Assembly: GCA_951406725.2 (NCBI GenBank)
Contig: OX597825.1
Span: 71,796,001 to 71,860,000 of the forward strand
From: Octopus vulgaris
Taxonomy: Eukaryota
Reading direction: 5' to 3'
DNA: 64,000 nucleotides
Shown here: in pieces, positions 1 through 16,249 of the stretch
Layout: the number at the start of each line of letters is the position of its first letter
Numbering within the stretch: position 1 is the first letter of the stretch
Made by a program: the position numbers and the translations under genes
The notes under the pieces: model-generated
What the model was told of the DNA's origin: nothing
The model's database searches: none
The model's input: only the letters and a program-made list of their open reading frames with translations

Positions 1-2760
<2,760 letters not shown>

Positions 2761-4704
2761 GCATATAAAGAAGCTAGATGTGAATGTGGGAAAGTTTAAG
2801 TGTGTAAAAGTATGAGCGCAAAATCCGTTTACATGCATGCATACATACATATACACAAATACATGTATGTATATATACACATACATACGCAATTATGCAA
2901 ACATAATCATATACAAACACACACACATACTCACATGTATACAAACAAACGTACCTATAAATGTATAGACACGTACACATATATGAATATACGTTCTATA
3001 TATGATTGTCTATACGAAAATTTATATCTATATGTGTGTGCGTGTGTATGTGTGTGTGTGGGCTCACGCACGTATACATACACACACGCTGTCACATACA
3101 TACAGACATACGCAGTCGCACATACTCATACACTTATACATTCATACAGCGCCAGGCATCAATTTAGGACATAAATAATTAGATTACATCTCTTCTTTAA
3201 TATTACAGTTTTCTGGAAATTTTGAGTTTTTTTTTCTGTTTTTCGTTTTTTGATGATATAAAAACTACAAAATTTAAAAAATATATCGTATAAAATTTGT
3301 TGAATTTCTCACTAGTAATAAGTGAATACTAAAAAAAGATTGAGAGGCTCTCTTTAGCATATTTTTCGAATTCATTTCCATTGCTTTTTTGACATTTCTG
3401 CCGATTGTTGGAGTTTGTTCTCAGCAAGTTTCTTTCGTACAAGTGGTGAATTGGAAAACTCGTTAGAGCACCCGATGGAATGTCTTGTGATATACAAATA
3501 TCCGAATCTCTGAGAGTTGAGTTCAAATCGCAGTATGGTTAATTTTGCCGTTTATACTACGAAAGCTTAATCAAACGGGTTGTGTATAAATTGGAAAGGC
3601 TGATTTTGGCTTCGTACTGTTACCCATATAAAATCCAAGTCCATTTAATGTTTTTGATGTGACCATTTATTCACGTATGAAAATACAGAAGTTTTTGCCA
3701 AGGGTAAACTATATGCCAGAAGCGCCTACATTAACATTTATCACTAGGGATATAATCGCTTGCTAGCTAGAAAAGATAACTGTATCTTCATGTTGTGAGA
3801 GGCGGGAAAATTCTGTGTTCATTGTAGACAAACGATTCATTTTCAACCCTGGGTTGAGCAGCAAACACAAAGCCTATCTTCTCACAGACCTCTGCTGCCT
3901 CTACTCCTACCGTTCTCCTGATTGTGACACGCATCTACGTTTATCGCCATGTTTTGGCGGAAAATTCATGGAAAATTCCATCAATCATACAATTGCAGCT
4001 GAAATACTACTGGCTAACAATTAAGTCGCAATCATTTGATATGCTGTTTGGCCATTTCTTATTACTGAGCTAACATTGTTTCAAACTCTAACCCAGCTCA
4101 AACCTTTCGGAACTGATAAAAAAAAAAAGAAGAAATAAAGAAGGTTTGTATCAATCCAGGGTGGTGGATTGGCGGAACTATAAGAACGTGGGACCAGCTA
4201 CTTTTGTAGTATTTGTCCCAGATGACTGCGCTTTGGGTTCAAATCCCATCATTATCAGCTTGGGCAGTAGACTAAATCAGTCTCCCGGCTAAACAACACA
4301 ACCTAGCCATTTGGTATCTTTGGCAGAGCCTAGTCCGTTGCAAGCATCTAGGCCAAGCCTCTGGTTTAAATTTTCCATTGTCCCTCCCGTCACTATCGTA
4401 GACCCTGTAAAGACCATAGGCATTGTCTTCTCTCCAGACTAAAAAATAAAGAAATGTCTTATATCAACGCTGTTGGGTTATCGGCCAGAACTACAGCATC
4501 TCACCCGTGTCTTCATTTTCGCAATTAAGGCTCTATCCCCAGATAAAGTGTAAGAAATGTGCCTGGAATAAACGGTAATTCTGTTGTTGTTTTGCTTGAA
4601 AGGGAACAACAAATATCAAAGCGGTACTTGAGAGAAGCAATGCATTCCTCACTTGTCTTGTCAAAGTTGTCCGAGCTCAGGAAATAGCAGAGTTAAAAGA
4701 AATA

Positions 4705-4757
<53 letters not shown>

Positions 4758-4758
<1 letters not shown>

Positions 4759-4967
4759 TCTTTTACTCTTTTATTTGTTTCAGTCATTTGACTGCGGCCA
4801 TGCTGGAGCACCGCCTTTAATCGAGCAACTCGACCGCGGCACTTATTCTTTGTAAACCCAGTACTTATTCTATCGGTCTGTTTTGCCGAACCGCTAAGTG
4901 ACGGGAACATAAACACACCAGCATCGGTTGTCAAGCAATGCTAGGGGGACCAAACACAGACACCCAA

Positions 4968-5022
<55 letters not shown>

Positions 5023-5167
5023 TACGACGGGCTTCTTTCAGTTTCACAAGGCTTTGGTCGGCCCGAGGCTATACTAGAAGACACTTGCCCAAGGTGCCAC
5101 GCTGTGGGACTGAACCCGGAACCCTGTGGTTGGTAAACAAGCTACTCACCACACAGCCACTCCTGCG

Positions 5168-5170
<3 letters not shown>
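4758..5170 (-). mobile_element. SINE family A
   Basis: Reverse complement of the family A consensus with a small internal deletion. Confidence 0.9.
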
Positions 5171-5197
<27 letters not shown>

Positions 5198-5202
<5 letters not shown>

Positions 5203-5383
5203 ATTTGGTTTGCAAGATTCTTTATATGAGTTCGTGTGTTGAAGCATATTCTGTTGTGTCTGGGGAGAGTCATTTTCTTTTAGGAAATTTTAGGAAAATA
5301 AAAATAAGAAAACTGGAAATTTTACCGGTGACTGTGTTACATTATAAAGCACAAAAAGAAAATGTCTCTCCTCAGACACAATA

Positions 5384-5390
<7 letters not shown>
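5198..5390. repeat. (TA)n-embedded repeat family G as an inverted pair
   Basis: tattctgttgtgtctggggagagtcatt motif and its reverse complement. Other copies at 35940-36180 (inverted pair), 36542-36616 and 42437-42580. Confidence 0.75.
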
Positions 5391-5424
<34 letters not shown>

Positions 5425-5447
5425 TAGATCTGTCTATCTATCAATCA

Positions 5448-5549
<102 letters not shown>

Positions 5550-6184
5550 GTACTCTATCTATCTATCTATCTGTGTATGTGTGTGTATTAAACCCTTCAT
5601 TTGTTCTGAGGCTTAGAGACTAAAGACAGTATGACGATCTGTAAAAATTGCAATCTCAGAGCACGGTTTTCCAACGCTGTAACGATTCTGCCACCTCACC
5701 GCCTTAGTAGTAGTAGTAGTAGTAGTAGTCGCAGTAGTGGTAACGGCAGCAAAGTTAATATTAGTAAGCTAAAGGAGAATATATTTCAGATTTAATGTAT
5801 CGCAAGTAAGCATAATTGAGGATTACATTAAATATCAGAAGAAAATACAATTAACAAATATCAGATTGACTCTAAATAACCAGGGAGGATATAGACAATA
5901 ATGTACATGTGTATATCTCAGAGTGTGCATATATATGTATGTATATGCGTGTGTGTGTGTGTGTGTGTGTGTTTGTGCATATGTCCATATATCATTTCTG
6001 AAATTGTCCTGAAAATTGTTCTGTCATTATCAGCAAGTACGGTAGGAATTACAGTGAGTGAGGCCAAATGTTCCATACAGATAGTGTATAAGATAACGTA
6101 ATTCATGGAAAGGTCGAACGTTTTCGTTTACACACATATGCGCACGCAGACACACAGACAAATATATCTATTTATCTCTCTCTC

Positions 6185-6231
<47 letters not shown>

Positions 6232-6350
6232 TATGTATACAGATACATACATACACACATACATGTATAGACATTTATACCCCACATCATAAGTATGTGT
6301 ATGTGTGTGTGTGTGTGTAATTGTGTATATGTATTATATATGTATATATA

Positions 6351-6470
6351 AGGCGCAGGAGTAGCTGTGTGGCACCTTGGGCAAGCGTCTTCTACTATAG
6401 CCTCGGGCCGACCGAAGCCTTATAAGTGGATTTGGTAGACAGAAACTGGAAGAAGGCTTGCCGTGTGTGT

Positions 6471-6565
<95 letters not shown>

Positions 6566-6594
6566 ACATATATATACGACCAAAGCCCATCGTA

Positions 6595-6677
<83 letters not shown>

Positions 6678-6890
6678 ATGTATGTTTGTGCATCTGTGCT
6701 TGTCCCTCACCATCGCTTGACAACCAATATTGGTGTGTTTACGTCGCAACTCAGCGGTTCGGCAAAAGAGACCGATAGAACAAGTACTAGTCTTACAAAG
6801 AATAAGTCCTGGGGGCGATTTCTTCGACTAAAGGCGGTGCTCCACCATGGCCGCAGTCAAACGACTGAAACAACTAAAAGAATAAAAGAA
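6351..6890 (+). mobile_element. SINE family A (head deletion, expanded internal microsatellite)
   Basis: aggcgcaggagtagctgtgtgg...aaaagaataaaag. Confidence 0.85.
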
Positions 6891-7568
6891 TATGTACAAG
6901 ACACGTTTGGTACGAAGCTGGGAATAAATTCCGTCTCTGTACAGTTTCGTCCCGAAAGAAAACCATTCTGAGAACAAAAGCAAAGAATTGGAAATTATGC
7001 TGTACCGGAAGCCATTGCAAACCTTCCCGATAGCCGGACGACCTTCATTAATTTTCATTTTTGACTACAGGCCAGGTACCTTGAAGATATAAACCTGTGT
7101 ATTCACAGGTAGTTACTAAAAAACTCTATATTGTCAATATTCCTTATATAAACATAACAGGTGGAACAACACAGGCTTTTACGATCAATTTTGGTCTATC
7201 TAAAATATTTTTAGTTATACAAATCATCATTACTCAATATCGTAAATATTTTTATATTGATTTTGTTTTTTGTATTTTAAATGACAAGAAGAGAAAGAGA
7301 AATTTGTTTCTCTGTTGGCATGTAGCGAGTATCTGGTCTCTTCTTTTTAAAATGTTATCTTGATATTTTTACATAATGCAAAGGTTCTAAGAATGTGTTC
7401 TGCTTGCACATAGTATAGCTTTTATATCTCTTTTGAGAGTGATTTTGAATGTGTTTTCTGTTAACCCTTTTCGAATATCGTTTGGTATTGTAGCTTTCGG
7501 TTGATAAACATACAAATGTATATACAACCACAAATATACGAGTATATGTACGTACCTACGTACGTACA

Positions 7569-7650
<82 letters not shown>

Positions 7651-7654
<4 letters not shown>

Positions 7655-7777
7655 AAAAAATACAAACTGGGACAAGAACGCAAAACATTTAGAAGACGAT
7701 ACAAAAAACACGGACGGGACATTCGAAGCCTTCAATCTTCAGTCAAGAACCGGATCATCCTCGCAATTTCGGCTGAT
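7651..7777 (+). repeat. Short (TA)n-embedded repeat family D
   Basis: Near-identical aaaaaatacaaactgggacaagaacg...cctcgcaatttcggctgat. Copies at 24045-24162(+), 52511-52645(+), 54545-54828(-), 58066-58199(-). Diverged relatives at ~22745-22815 and ~32770-32970. Confidence 0.85.
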
Positions 7778-7781
7778 ATAT

Positions 7782-7892
7782 ATACTCCAAACTTACAGGG
7801 AAAAATCCAATTTAGTATTAAATCAAATTTCGCAATATAAATATATAATATATATAAATTACACTATTATGTAATTCAAACAATGATAAACA
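7782..7892 (+). repeat. AT-rich (TA)n-embedded repeat family F
   Basis: ctccaaacttacagggaaaaa...cactattatgtaattcaaacaatgata. Also present as inverted pairs at ~31220-31620 and ~39015-39330. Confidence 0.7.
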
Positions 7893-7901
7893 TGTGTGTA
7901 T

Positions 7902-7941
<40 letters not shown>

Positions 7942-8212
7942 ACAGCAATAATAGTTTGATTCCACACTATGCAACTTAAAGATTCGTGGATTCGGGAAAT
8001 GGAAACTTTAAATTGCATGGAACCGAATCGAACTTATTAAACAACATATGTATCTCTTACCAAATGTGATGAGTACCACTTTCTTTCGTTTGTCTACTCA
8101 CACTTGCATGCATATACGTGTGTGAGTGTGTGTATATGAGTGTGTGCATGGATATTTTTATGTATGCATTCATGCATCTATGTATGTATGTATCTATCTT
8201 TATATATATATA

Positions 8213-8378
8213 TAGGTGTAGGAGTGGCTGTGTGGTAAGTAGCTTGCTTACCAGCCACATGGTTCCGTGTTCAGCCCCACTGCGTGGCACATTGGGCAAG
8301 TGTCTTCTACTATAGCCTCGGGCCGACCAAAGTCTTGTGAGTGGATTTGGTAGACGGAAACTGAAAGAAACCCGTCGT
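8213..8378 (+). mobile_element. SINE family A, 5' half
   Basis: Head through cccgtcgt, then (TACA)n. Confidence 0.85.
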
Positions 8379-8556
8379 TACATACATACATACACAAATA
8401 AATACATACATGCATACATACATACATACATCCATGCATACATACATACACACATATACACATATACATACATACATACACATATACATACATACATACA
8501 TACATACATACATACATACATACATACATACATACACACATACATACATACATACA

Positions 8557-8620
<64 letters not shown>

Positions 8621-9219
8621 GAAACACTACACAATCCTACTTTACTCAATGTTGATGATTTGGGATGTAAATCACTCTTCTGAACATTATAAAATTCCTG
8701 TTGGCTTTTCTTTGTCATACTTTTTATTAAGAGGATTGTATGTGCGCGTCTGTGTGCTTCTGTGTGTGTTTTTATGTCGGTACGTGTGCTTCCTAATGCC
8801 GTTAATTACCATAATATCCTCTTTAATTCTAGTTCTGCTGCAGCATGATAACGACGACGACGACGTCCACATATATGTTTATATATATTTTATATACATG
8901 GACACACACACAAACACATATCTTTGTTATATATATATATATATATATATATATGCAGAGATACAAAATATTCATTATAGTTGATGCTTTCTGCAATTTG
9001 CTCCTTATATTTCACCACAGTTATACATGTATGCATGTATGTACGTATGTATATACACAGAGCTATATGCATATACATACATATATCTATATGTAAGCTT
9101 CTGTGTATATATACATGCCTATATACAAACATATATACATACATATTGATATATATATATATGCAGAGAGAAAGCGAGAGAGCGTATGCATACATATATA
9201 GACATATACATGATTATAC

Positions 9220-9256
<37 letters not shown>

Positions 9257-9520
9257 CGTGCGTGCGTGTGTGTGTCCCCCCGTATTGGTATATGTGTAGA
9301 TGTAGATGTATATCTATGTATGTTGCTCAAGCTGTTAATGTATGTATGTATCTACATCTTATTTTCCTTATCTCCCTTTAATCTGCTTACCCTTTCCGTC
9401 CAATCTGGCAGTCGGTTAATTATCCAATAATTATTATGACAATTATATCGCGTTAGCTGTGAAGTACTTTTCGTAATTATTCCAGTTCCTACAAGAAGTG
9501 GCCTTACTACTCTCAGATTT

Positions 9521-9604
<84 letters not shown>

Positions 9605-10087
9605 ACTAATTATCTGTCTGTCTGTCTCAGTCTGCGTAATATAATAATGAGTGAATATATTTATACATACTTACATGCACGCACGCACACACACACACAC
9701 ACGCACACACATACGCACACACACAGCGTAGACACATGGCTCAGTCGTTAGAGCGCCGGGCTTACAATTTTAAAGTTGTGAGTTCGATTTTCGGACAATG
9801 CCGTGTGCTGTTATTTTGAGCAAGACATTTTATTTTACGATCCTTCATTTCACTCAGCTACAGAAACGAGTTGCGATGTCACTGGTGTCTTGCTGGATCG
9901 GTCTTTACTTTTCCTTTAGGCCACATCGGTCGTGTGGAGAGAGGAGATTGGTATGCATGGGCGACTGCTGCTCTTCCGCAAACAATCTTGCCTGGACTTG
10001 TGCCTCGGAGAGGAACTTTCTAGGTGCAACCCCATAGTCATTCATGACCGAAGGGGGAGGGGTCTTTACCCTTTACCTTTTTTTTTA

Positions 10088-11130
10088 CATGATGGTCCAA
10101 AAGTCACGAAGTGGTTTGACCCTTTCGTTACTGTATTTATTTTAGGATGCTCTGTATTTCTTTCAATTACTTTAAATGTAACAAAGAATTTAGTAAAATA
10201 ACTTAGTTATCATTCAGCTAGTGTTATGAACATAAACTGTGACTAAGGTTTGGGGAAGATTTTATGAAAACATTTGTACTACAGAGCCAGAGGCGGTTTC
10301 AGCCAGGTTGGTAACAAAAGGGTTAATAACTCCTTTATTTCTTGTCTTAAATTTATAACACTATAGTATCATATTAAAAAATAAATTTACACTGAGTATG
10401 AAAAATCATATCCCGAAAATGGCGCCCATTTTCTGTTTAACACAGACGTGCCCTTTCTGAGGTGTTTTCCATGACAGCTCTTAATGTTTCAGGTTCCAGT
10501 GCTTTGATTTCGACTCGAATACTGTTCTTACGCTGTTGAAGTATCTGAGGCTTGTTAACATAAATTTTTTCCTCGAGATAGACCAATAGGAAGTAGTCAG
10601 GACTCGTCAGATCTGGAGAAGGTGATGACCAGCATACATCGCAACCACGGGAAATAACTCTTCTCGCAAAAAATATGCGTGAGCAGTTTGGATTGTGATC
10701 TTTGCAGTGTGAGCTGTGGCTCTGTCCTGGAACCACATGTCAAGTTTATCTCGAACTGCTGAGTGTAAAAAATTGTCGATCATAGACCGATATTCATCTC
10801 TTGTAACTGTGACAGAGTTCCCATCGTCGTCTTCGAAAAATGAAGTCCGATCATTTCCGACGTCATCCAACACCAAACCGTACACTTAAGGGGATGCAAC
10901 GTCTAATCATTGATCCAGCTTCTGATCATTGATTCGCATCGAAAATCCCTTAGAATTATTGAATTTTAGTTTTGATAGTAAAGTTTCACAATTTGTGTTC
11001 GCTGCTCGATCGTGGTTAATCTAAAAGGTTTTCTTTATAAAATCTGTAAAAAAAAAATTCAAGAAATTACTTTTCAGGAAAAAAAAATTATTAAATATTG
11101 CAAACCCTTCATGACTTTTGACCCACCTTG
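10088..11130 (-). mobile_element. Decayed, internally deleted Tc1/mariner-superfamily transposon
   Basis: Minus-strand frames give FFEDDDGNSVTVT..Y..MI..FL, WFQD(R)ATAHTA and W.SPSPDLTSPDYFL.VYL.EKIYVNKP. Imperfect TIRs CATGATGGTCCAAAAGTCACGAAG (10088) and CTTCATGACTTTTGACCCACCTTG (to 11130). TA at the left end. Confidence 0.85.
10120..10322. mobile_element. piggyBac-type non-autonomous MITE nested in the left TIR of the mariner element
   Basis: TIRs CCCTTTCGTTAC / GTAACAAAAGGG. Flanks TTGA (10116-19) and TTAA (10323-26). Confidence 0.7.
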
Positions 11131-11138
11131 TCCAAACA

Positions 11139-11169
<31 letters not shown>

Positions 11170-11422
11170 GGGATATGTAACACACTGCTTAAGTACCAAT
11201 CTTGAGAAATTAGGCTTCTCAAAACCAGAAAGGAGAAAGCTGATCCAAAGACTAAACTTCCAAGCCATCACTGGAACTGTAAAACCTTGTAAAACTTCCC
11301 ACAAGTTTATTATTTAAGTATATATGAGCAAGTCGAGACATGCAACTATATGCATGAGAATACATACATAAACAAGACATTCACACACAAACAAACATAA
11401 ATGCCCTGTTGATGCAGTTGAA

Positions 11423-11764
11423 GGCGTGAAGCCACATGGCTCAGTGGTTAGTGCGTCGAGCTTACGATCATGAGGTTGTGAGCTCGAATCCCGGACCGGG
11501 CTGCGTGTTGTGTTCTTGAGCAAGACACTTTATTTCACGTTGCTCCAGTGCACTCAGCTGTAGAAATGAGTTGTGACGTCACCGGTGCCAAGCTATATCG
11601 ACCGTTGCCTTTCCCCTGGATAACACTGGTGGCGTGGAGAGGGGAGGCCGGTATGCATGGGCGACTGCTGGTCTTCTATAAACAACCTTGCCCGGACTTG
11701 TGCCTGGGAGGGTAACTTTCTAGGTGCAATCCCATGGTCAGTGTCGTGACGGAAGGGGGTCTCA
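11423..11764 (+). mobile_element. tRNA-derived CORE-type SINE with 12-bp TSD (older copy at 9726-10080)
   Basis: A-box TGGCTCAGTGG, B-box GCTCGAATCC, CORE-like gttcttgagcaagacacttt...cactcagctgtagaaatgag. TSD GATGCAGTTGAA at 11411-22 and 11765-76. Confidence 0.9.
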
Positions 11765-12860
11765 GATGCAGTTGAAATTCCAATGAAGGAGCCTTGGATC
11801 TCGGTTAGAAACCGGCTCTTTCTGAATTGGCAAGGAACCTTGGAATAAAACGAACCTTGGAATAACGACATGCATACATGTGTATATGCTTACTTTCGGC
11901 AAACGAAATATGTCAGACATGTTCCGTTCTCTGTTACGGCGACTTCACACACTCCATTATGGAAAGCATGAACATCACAACAGCAATTTAGGCGCAATAT
12001 GTAACTAAGTACGAGAAAGGAGATGAGAATGTTGAAGAGGAGAACACGGAAAGGATGGAGGGGTTGGGAAAAGGTGGAAGGGGAGTTGAAGATAAGGAGG
12101 AGGGGCGGTGAAGGAAGAGGCGGAGAAGATGAGGAGGAGTGGAAGCAGGAGAAAGAGGAGACAAAGAAGGTGGAAGAGAAGGTAAAAACATGAGTGGGGA
12201 GAGGAGGGAGTGAAGGAGGAGGAGGAGGAGGAGAAAAAGAAGAGGAGTAGGAGGAGAGTCGGTGAAGGAAGATTGGAGAAGGAGAGGAGGGGAAGACTGA
12301 GAGGGGCGAAGAAATAGTAAGAGGAGGCAGTGAAGAAGACGAAGAAGAAAAAGAAGAAAAAAGAAAACAAGAAAACAAGAAGACATCAGCAATAATAACA
12401 ATAAGAAAACGAAGTAGAAGAAGAAGGAAATGAAAGAAGGGTGCTCGAGAATAAGAAGAAGAAAAACAGAATAAAAATAGACATCAACGAAGAACAAAAC
12501 TAATGATATTAGAGATGAAAAACAAAATAATTGTTAACCATATGAAGAAAAGTAATGCAAGGCCACAGGATAAATATTTGATGTTTATAGAGAAATATAT
12601 TAGAATTCTAGAGTTAGATGGGAGAAGTATTAGGGAAAGATATGAAGAAATATAATGATGTTTCACATGAAAAGGCTGAATGCATTTGTTAAACCACAAA
12701 ACCCAATGCCTGCAAACCTATTGATTTAATTAGTAGCTGCGTGGTAAAGTACAAAAATAATGGTTGATATTTGGGTTTCAGCGAAAATAAGTAATAGGTA
12801 TTGTATTACATAGACTATTGCAAAGATACGCACACTCTCACTGCGCTATATTTATGTATA

Positions 12861-12900
12861 CTAGCTGGACCCGTGAAAAATTCACGGAAAACATTAAAAA
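12861..12900 (-). mobile_element. Helitron-type 3' terminus
   Basis: Minus strand CCGTGAA-TTT-TTCACGG hairpin, 6-nt spacer, then CTAG|T. The 5' end was not identified. Confidence 0.55.
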
Positions 12901-13247
12901 ATGTAAGCATCTATAAACAGTGTACTGGTGCGATGAGAAATGTTTGCATATTATGACTGTCTGTCATTGGTGGAGGCACATGGCCTGGTGATTAGAGCAG
13001 CGGACTCGCGGTCGAGGGATCGCGGGTTCGAATCTCAGACCGGGCGATGTGTGTGTTTGTGAGCGAAAAATTCACGGAAAACAGAAAAAAATGTAAACAG
13101 TGTACTGGTGCAATGAGAAATGTTTGCATATTATGACTGTCAGTCATTGGTGGAGGCACATGGCCTAGTGATTAGAGCAGCGGACTCGCGGTCGAGGGAT
13201 CGCGGGTTCGAATCTCAGACAGGGCGATGTGTGTGTTTATGAGCGAA
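12875..13247 (+). repeat. Direct tandem duplication of ~190 bp
   Basis: 12875-13064 is repeated at 13065-13247, joined at a GAAAA microhomology. Confidence 0.9.
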
Positions 13248-13458
13248 AACACCTAAGCTCCACGCGGCTCCGGCAGAACGTAATGGCGAAACTTCTGCTG
13301 ACTCTTTCGTCACAACTTTCTCTCACTCTTTCCCCCTGCATCTTGCAGCTCACCTGCGACGGACCGGCGTCCCGTCCAGGTGGGGAACCTATACGCCAAG
13401 AAACCGGGAAACCGGCCCTTATGAGCCAGGCATGGCTCGAAAAGGAACAAACAACAAC
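13151..13458 (+). mobile_element. tRNA-derived SINE (body B, tail Y) with TSD
   Basis: A-box TGGCCTAGTGA, B-box GTTCGAATC, (CAA)n tail. TSD tgtc(a/t)gtcatt at 13138-48 and 13459-69. Confidence 0.9.
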
Positions 13459-13935
13459 TGTCTGTCATTACGCTCTGAGTTCAAATTCTTCCGAGGTCGA
13501 TTTTACCTTCGACCTTTCAGGGTTGATAAATTAAGTACCAGTTGTGCACTGAGGTCAATCTAATCAACTGGAGTCCTCACCACAAAAATGTCTGGCCTAG
13601 AAAAGTATATTGTGAGAGTTACAGAATATAGAAAATAACGTAATTCCCAAACCAACCAAAATATCTCAGTTACACAAACGTAAACAGAATTACTATTTAA
13701 CCCTAAAATACATCGTACATATTCACAGAACCTACTTGGTTTAGTGGTACGGAACGTTTTACTGGTATTCTTTTATTCTTTCTCTTGTTTCAGTCATTTT
13801 GACGGTGGCCATGCTGGAGCACCGCCCTTTAGTCGAAGAAATTGACCGCTGGACTAAATTACAGGGGCGGAAACGCAGCAACATCGGTTGACAGGCAATG
13901 GTGGCTTGGAAAAACATAGACAAAAACACACACAT

Positions 13936-14905
13936 TTCCTAACTTCCTGGAAAACCAATAGGAAACTTCCTGGAAAGATCCGAGGATTTCATGGAAAGTT
14001 CAGAGGCTCCCCAAACTTCCTGGAAAAACGATAGTCTATTTCCGGGGAAGATCCGAGGATTTCATGGAACTATCCGAGGATTTCACGGAAATTTCCTGGG
14101 ATTTCCAAACTTCCTGGGAAATCGACAGTCAACTTCCTGGAAAGATCCGATGATTTCCTGAAGAGTTCCGAGGATTTCCTAACTTCCTGAAAAGCCGATA
14201 GGAAACTTCCTTGAAAGTTCCGAGGAGTGGGAGTAATTCCTTCCTGGAAAGTGCCGAGGTCGGGTGGAATTTGTTCCTTGAAAGTTCCAAGGAGTGTAAG
14301 GAAGGGGAGGAATTAACAATTTCCTGCAAAGTTCCGAGGAATGGGAGGAATTACTTCCTAGAATGTTCCGTGGAAAGGGAGGAATTACTTCGTGGAAAGT
14401 TGCGAGGAGGGGGAATAAGGGGAGGAAGTATTTCTTTGAAAGTTCCGAGGATGCAGAAGGTGGAGTCGGAAGTAATTCCTGGGCAGTTCCGAGGAGAGGA
14501 GGAATTATCTCTTGGAAACTTCTGAGGATGTGTTAGGAAGGGGTGGAATGGGATGAATTACTTCCTGGGAAGTTCCGAGGAGGGGGGGAAGAATTACCTC
14601 TAGGAAAGTTCTGAGAAAGGTGTAGGAAGAGGATATAAGGGAAGAATTACTTCCTGGAAAGTTCCGATGAGGGGGATGAATTATTTCCTGGAATACTCCG
14701 AGGAGGTGGGGAATTGCCTCCTGGAAATTTCTGAGGAGGGTGAGCAATTATTTCCTGGAAAGTTTTGAGGAGGTGGAGGAAGGGGAGGATTTACTTCCTG
14801 GAAAGTTCCGAGGATGGGGAAGAAATACTTCTTGGAAAGTTCCGAGGAAAGGAGGAATTACTTCGTGGAAAGTTCCGAGGGGGGAGAAAGGGGAGAAATT
14901 AATTC
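13936..14905 (+). repeat. Degenerate ~30-bp minisatellite (ggaattacTTCCTGGAAagttccgagga...)
   Basis: Roughly 25-30 imperfect units in two sub-arrays with a conserved core and variable purine spacer. Confidence 0.85.
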
Positions 14906-15884
14906 TTCCCCTTCCTCTCCATCCACCGTGGCAGCTGGTTTCGATTCAGCTTTTAGAGCTTGAATTACAGTAATGTGCAACGGCATCTATCTCGTGGCCC
15001 GTGTGAACAACCATCTCTCGGAACGGTGTTGTACACTGCCCACCACCTGCCAGATGGAAATGGTGGATTTTTCTTGCATGGCGTTATTTCCATCATTCCC
15101 TCTACTTCCTCCTCTCCTTCTCCTATTCCCTCTCCCGTTCCCCTTTCCTTTGTCCCCTCCTTCGCCTTCTTCTTCTTCTTCTTCTTCTTCTTCTTCTTCT
15201 TCTTCTTCTTCTTCTTCTTCTTCTTCTTCTTCTTCTTCTTCTTCTTCTTCTTCTTCTTCCCTTTTTGTTTTCTTTTTCCACCTTTCCTCTACTTCCTCTC
15301 TACCTCTCCCTCCTCCTTTCTTTCCTTCTTTTCCTTCTTCTTCACCTCTTTTTCTCATTCATTCTCCTCCTCCTTCTCCTCCCCATCATCATCATCATTA
15401 TTATGACCTTCATCATCGTCATCATTTTCTACCATCATGTATTGTCAGCGGTTTATTGTTGTTGAAATGTCATGTCATGCCTTTTTAAAACTGACTTCGT
15501 TACACACCCTTCATACATCCGGTGTCTTTCAACTATTCTTGTGCGTGCGCGTGTATGTATGTATGTATGTATGTGTGTGTACATGAGTGTTGGTGCAAGT
15601 ACACACATACACACACACACCTGTATATATACGCACATGCAAATGTCTATATGCGTGTACTCGTTTTATTCCTGCTGTTTCTTTCATAGGTCATACCTGC
15701 TTGAGCTGGATCTACGATCAAAAGTGCTCTAGCCGTGACCATCCCGTCATATATTCAACAATATTATTTGTTGGCTAAAACTGAAATTTTGGGGAAGGAT
15801 ACTTGTCGGTTACATCGACCCCGGCACTTGACCAGTACTTTATTTCGTCGAGCCCCCGAACGGGATGAAAGACTAAGATTTGCT

Positions 15885-15962
15885 CGACGTAAACACACCA
15901 GCATCGGTTGTCAAGCGATGTTGGGTGGGGGTACAAACACAGACACACAAACATATACACAC

Positions 15963-16041
<79 letters not shown>

Positions 16042-16198
16042 TACGACAGGCTTCTTTCAGTTTCTGTCTACGAGATCCACTCACAAGGCTTTGGTCGACC
16101 CAAGGCTATAGTAGAAGACACTTGCCCAAGGTGTCATGCAGTGGGAATGAACCAGGTACCATGTGGTTGGTAAGCAAGCTACTTACCACACAGCCACT
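15885..16198 (-). mobile_element. SINE family A, partial
   Basis: Reverse complement of family A, head-to-head with the 16250 copy. Confidence 0.85.
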
Positions 16199-16249
16199 AA
16201 CAATACATTTCATGTGCCTATAGCAGAAAGAAAACATTCAGAGATGTAT

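Noticed and set aside
7708-7745. Family D CTGAAGA...GAAT (minus strand) as a hammerhead
   Set aside because: GAAU instead of GAAA, and no credible stems I and III. Kept only as an unexplained conserved motif.
11423-11500. tRNA-like sequences with A and B boxes (also 13151, 19317, 42711, 48944, 58306)
   Set aside because: No complete cloverleaf. They continue into SINE bodies, several with TSDs, so they are SINE heads and not tRNA genes.
13936-14905. CRISPR-like repeat-spacer appearance
   Set aside because: Repeats are degenerate, spacers are short low-complexity purine runs, the context is eukaryotic and no cas genes are present.
14930-15080. Unique GC-balanced island with open frames
   Set aside because: No matching splice pair or recognisable motif in any of the frames examined.
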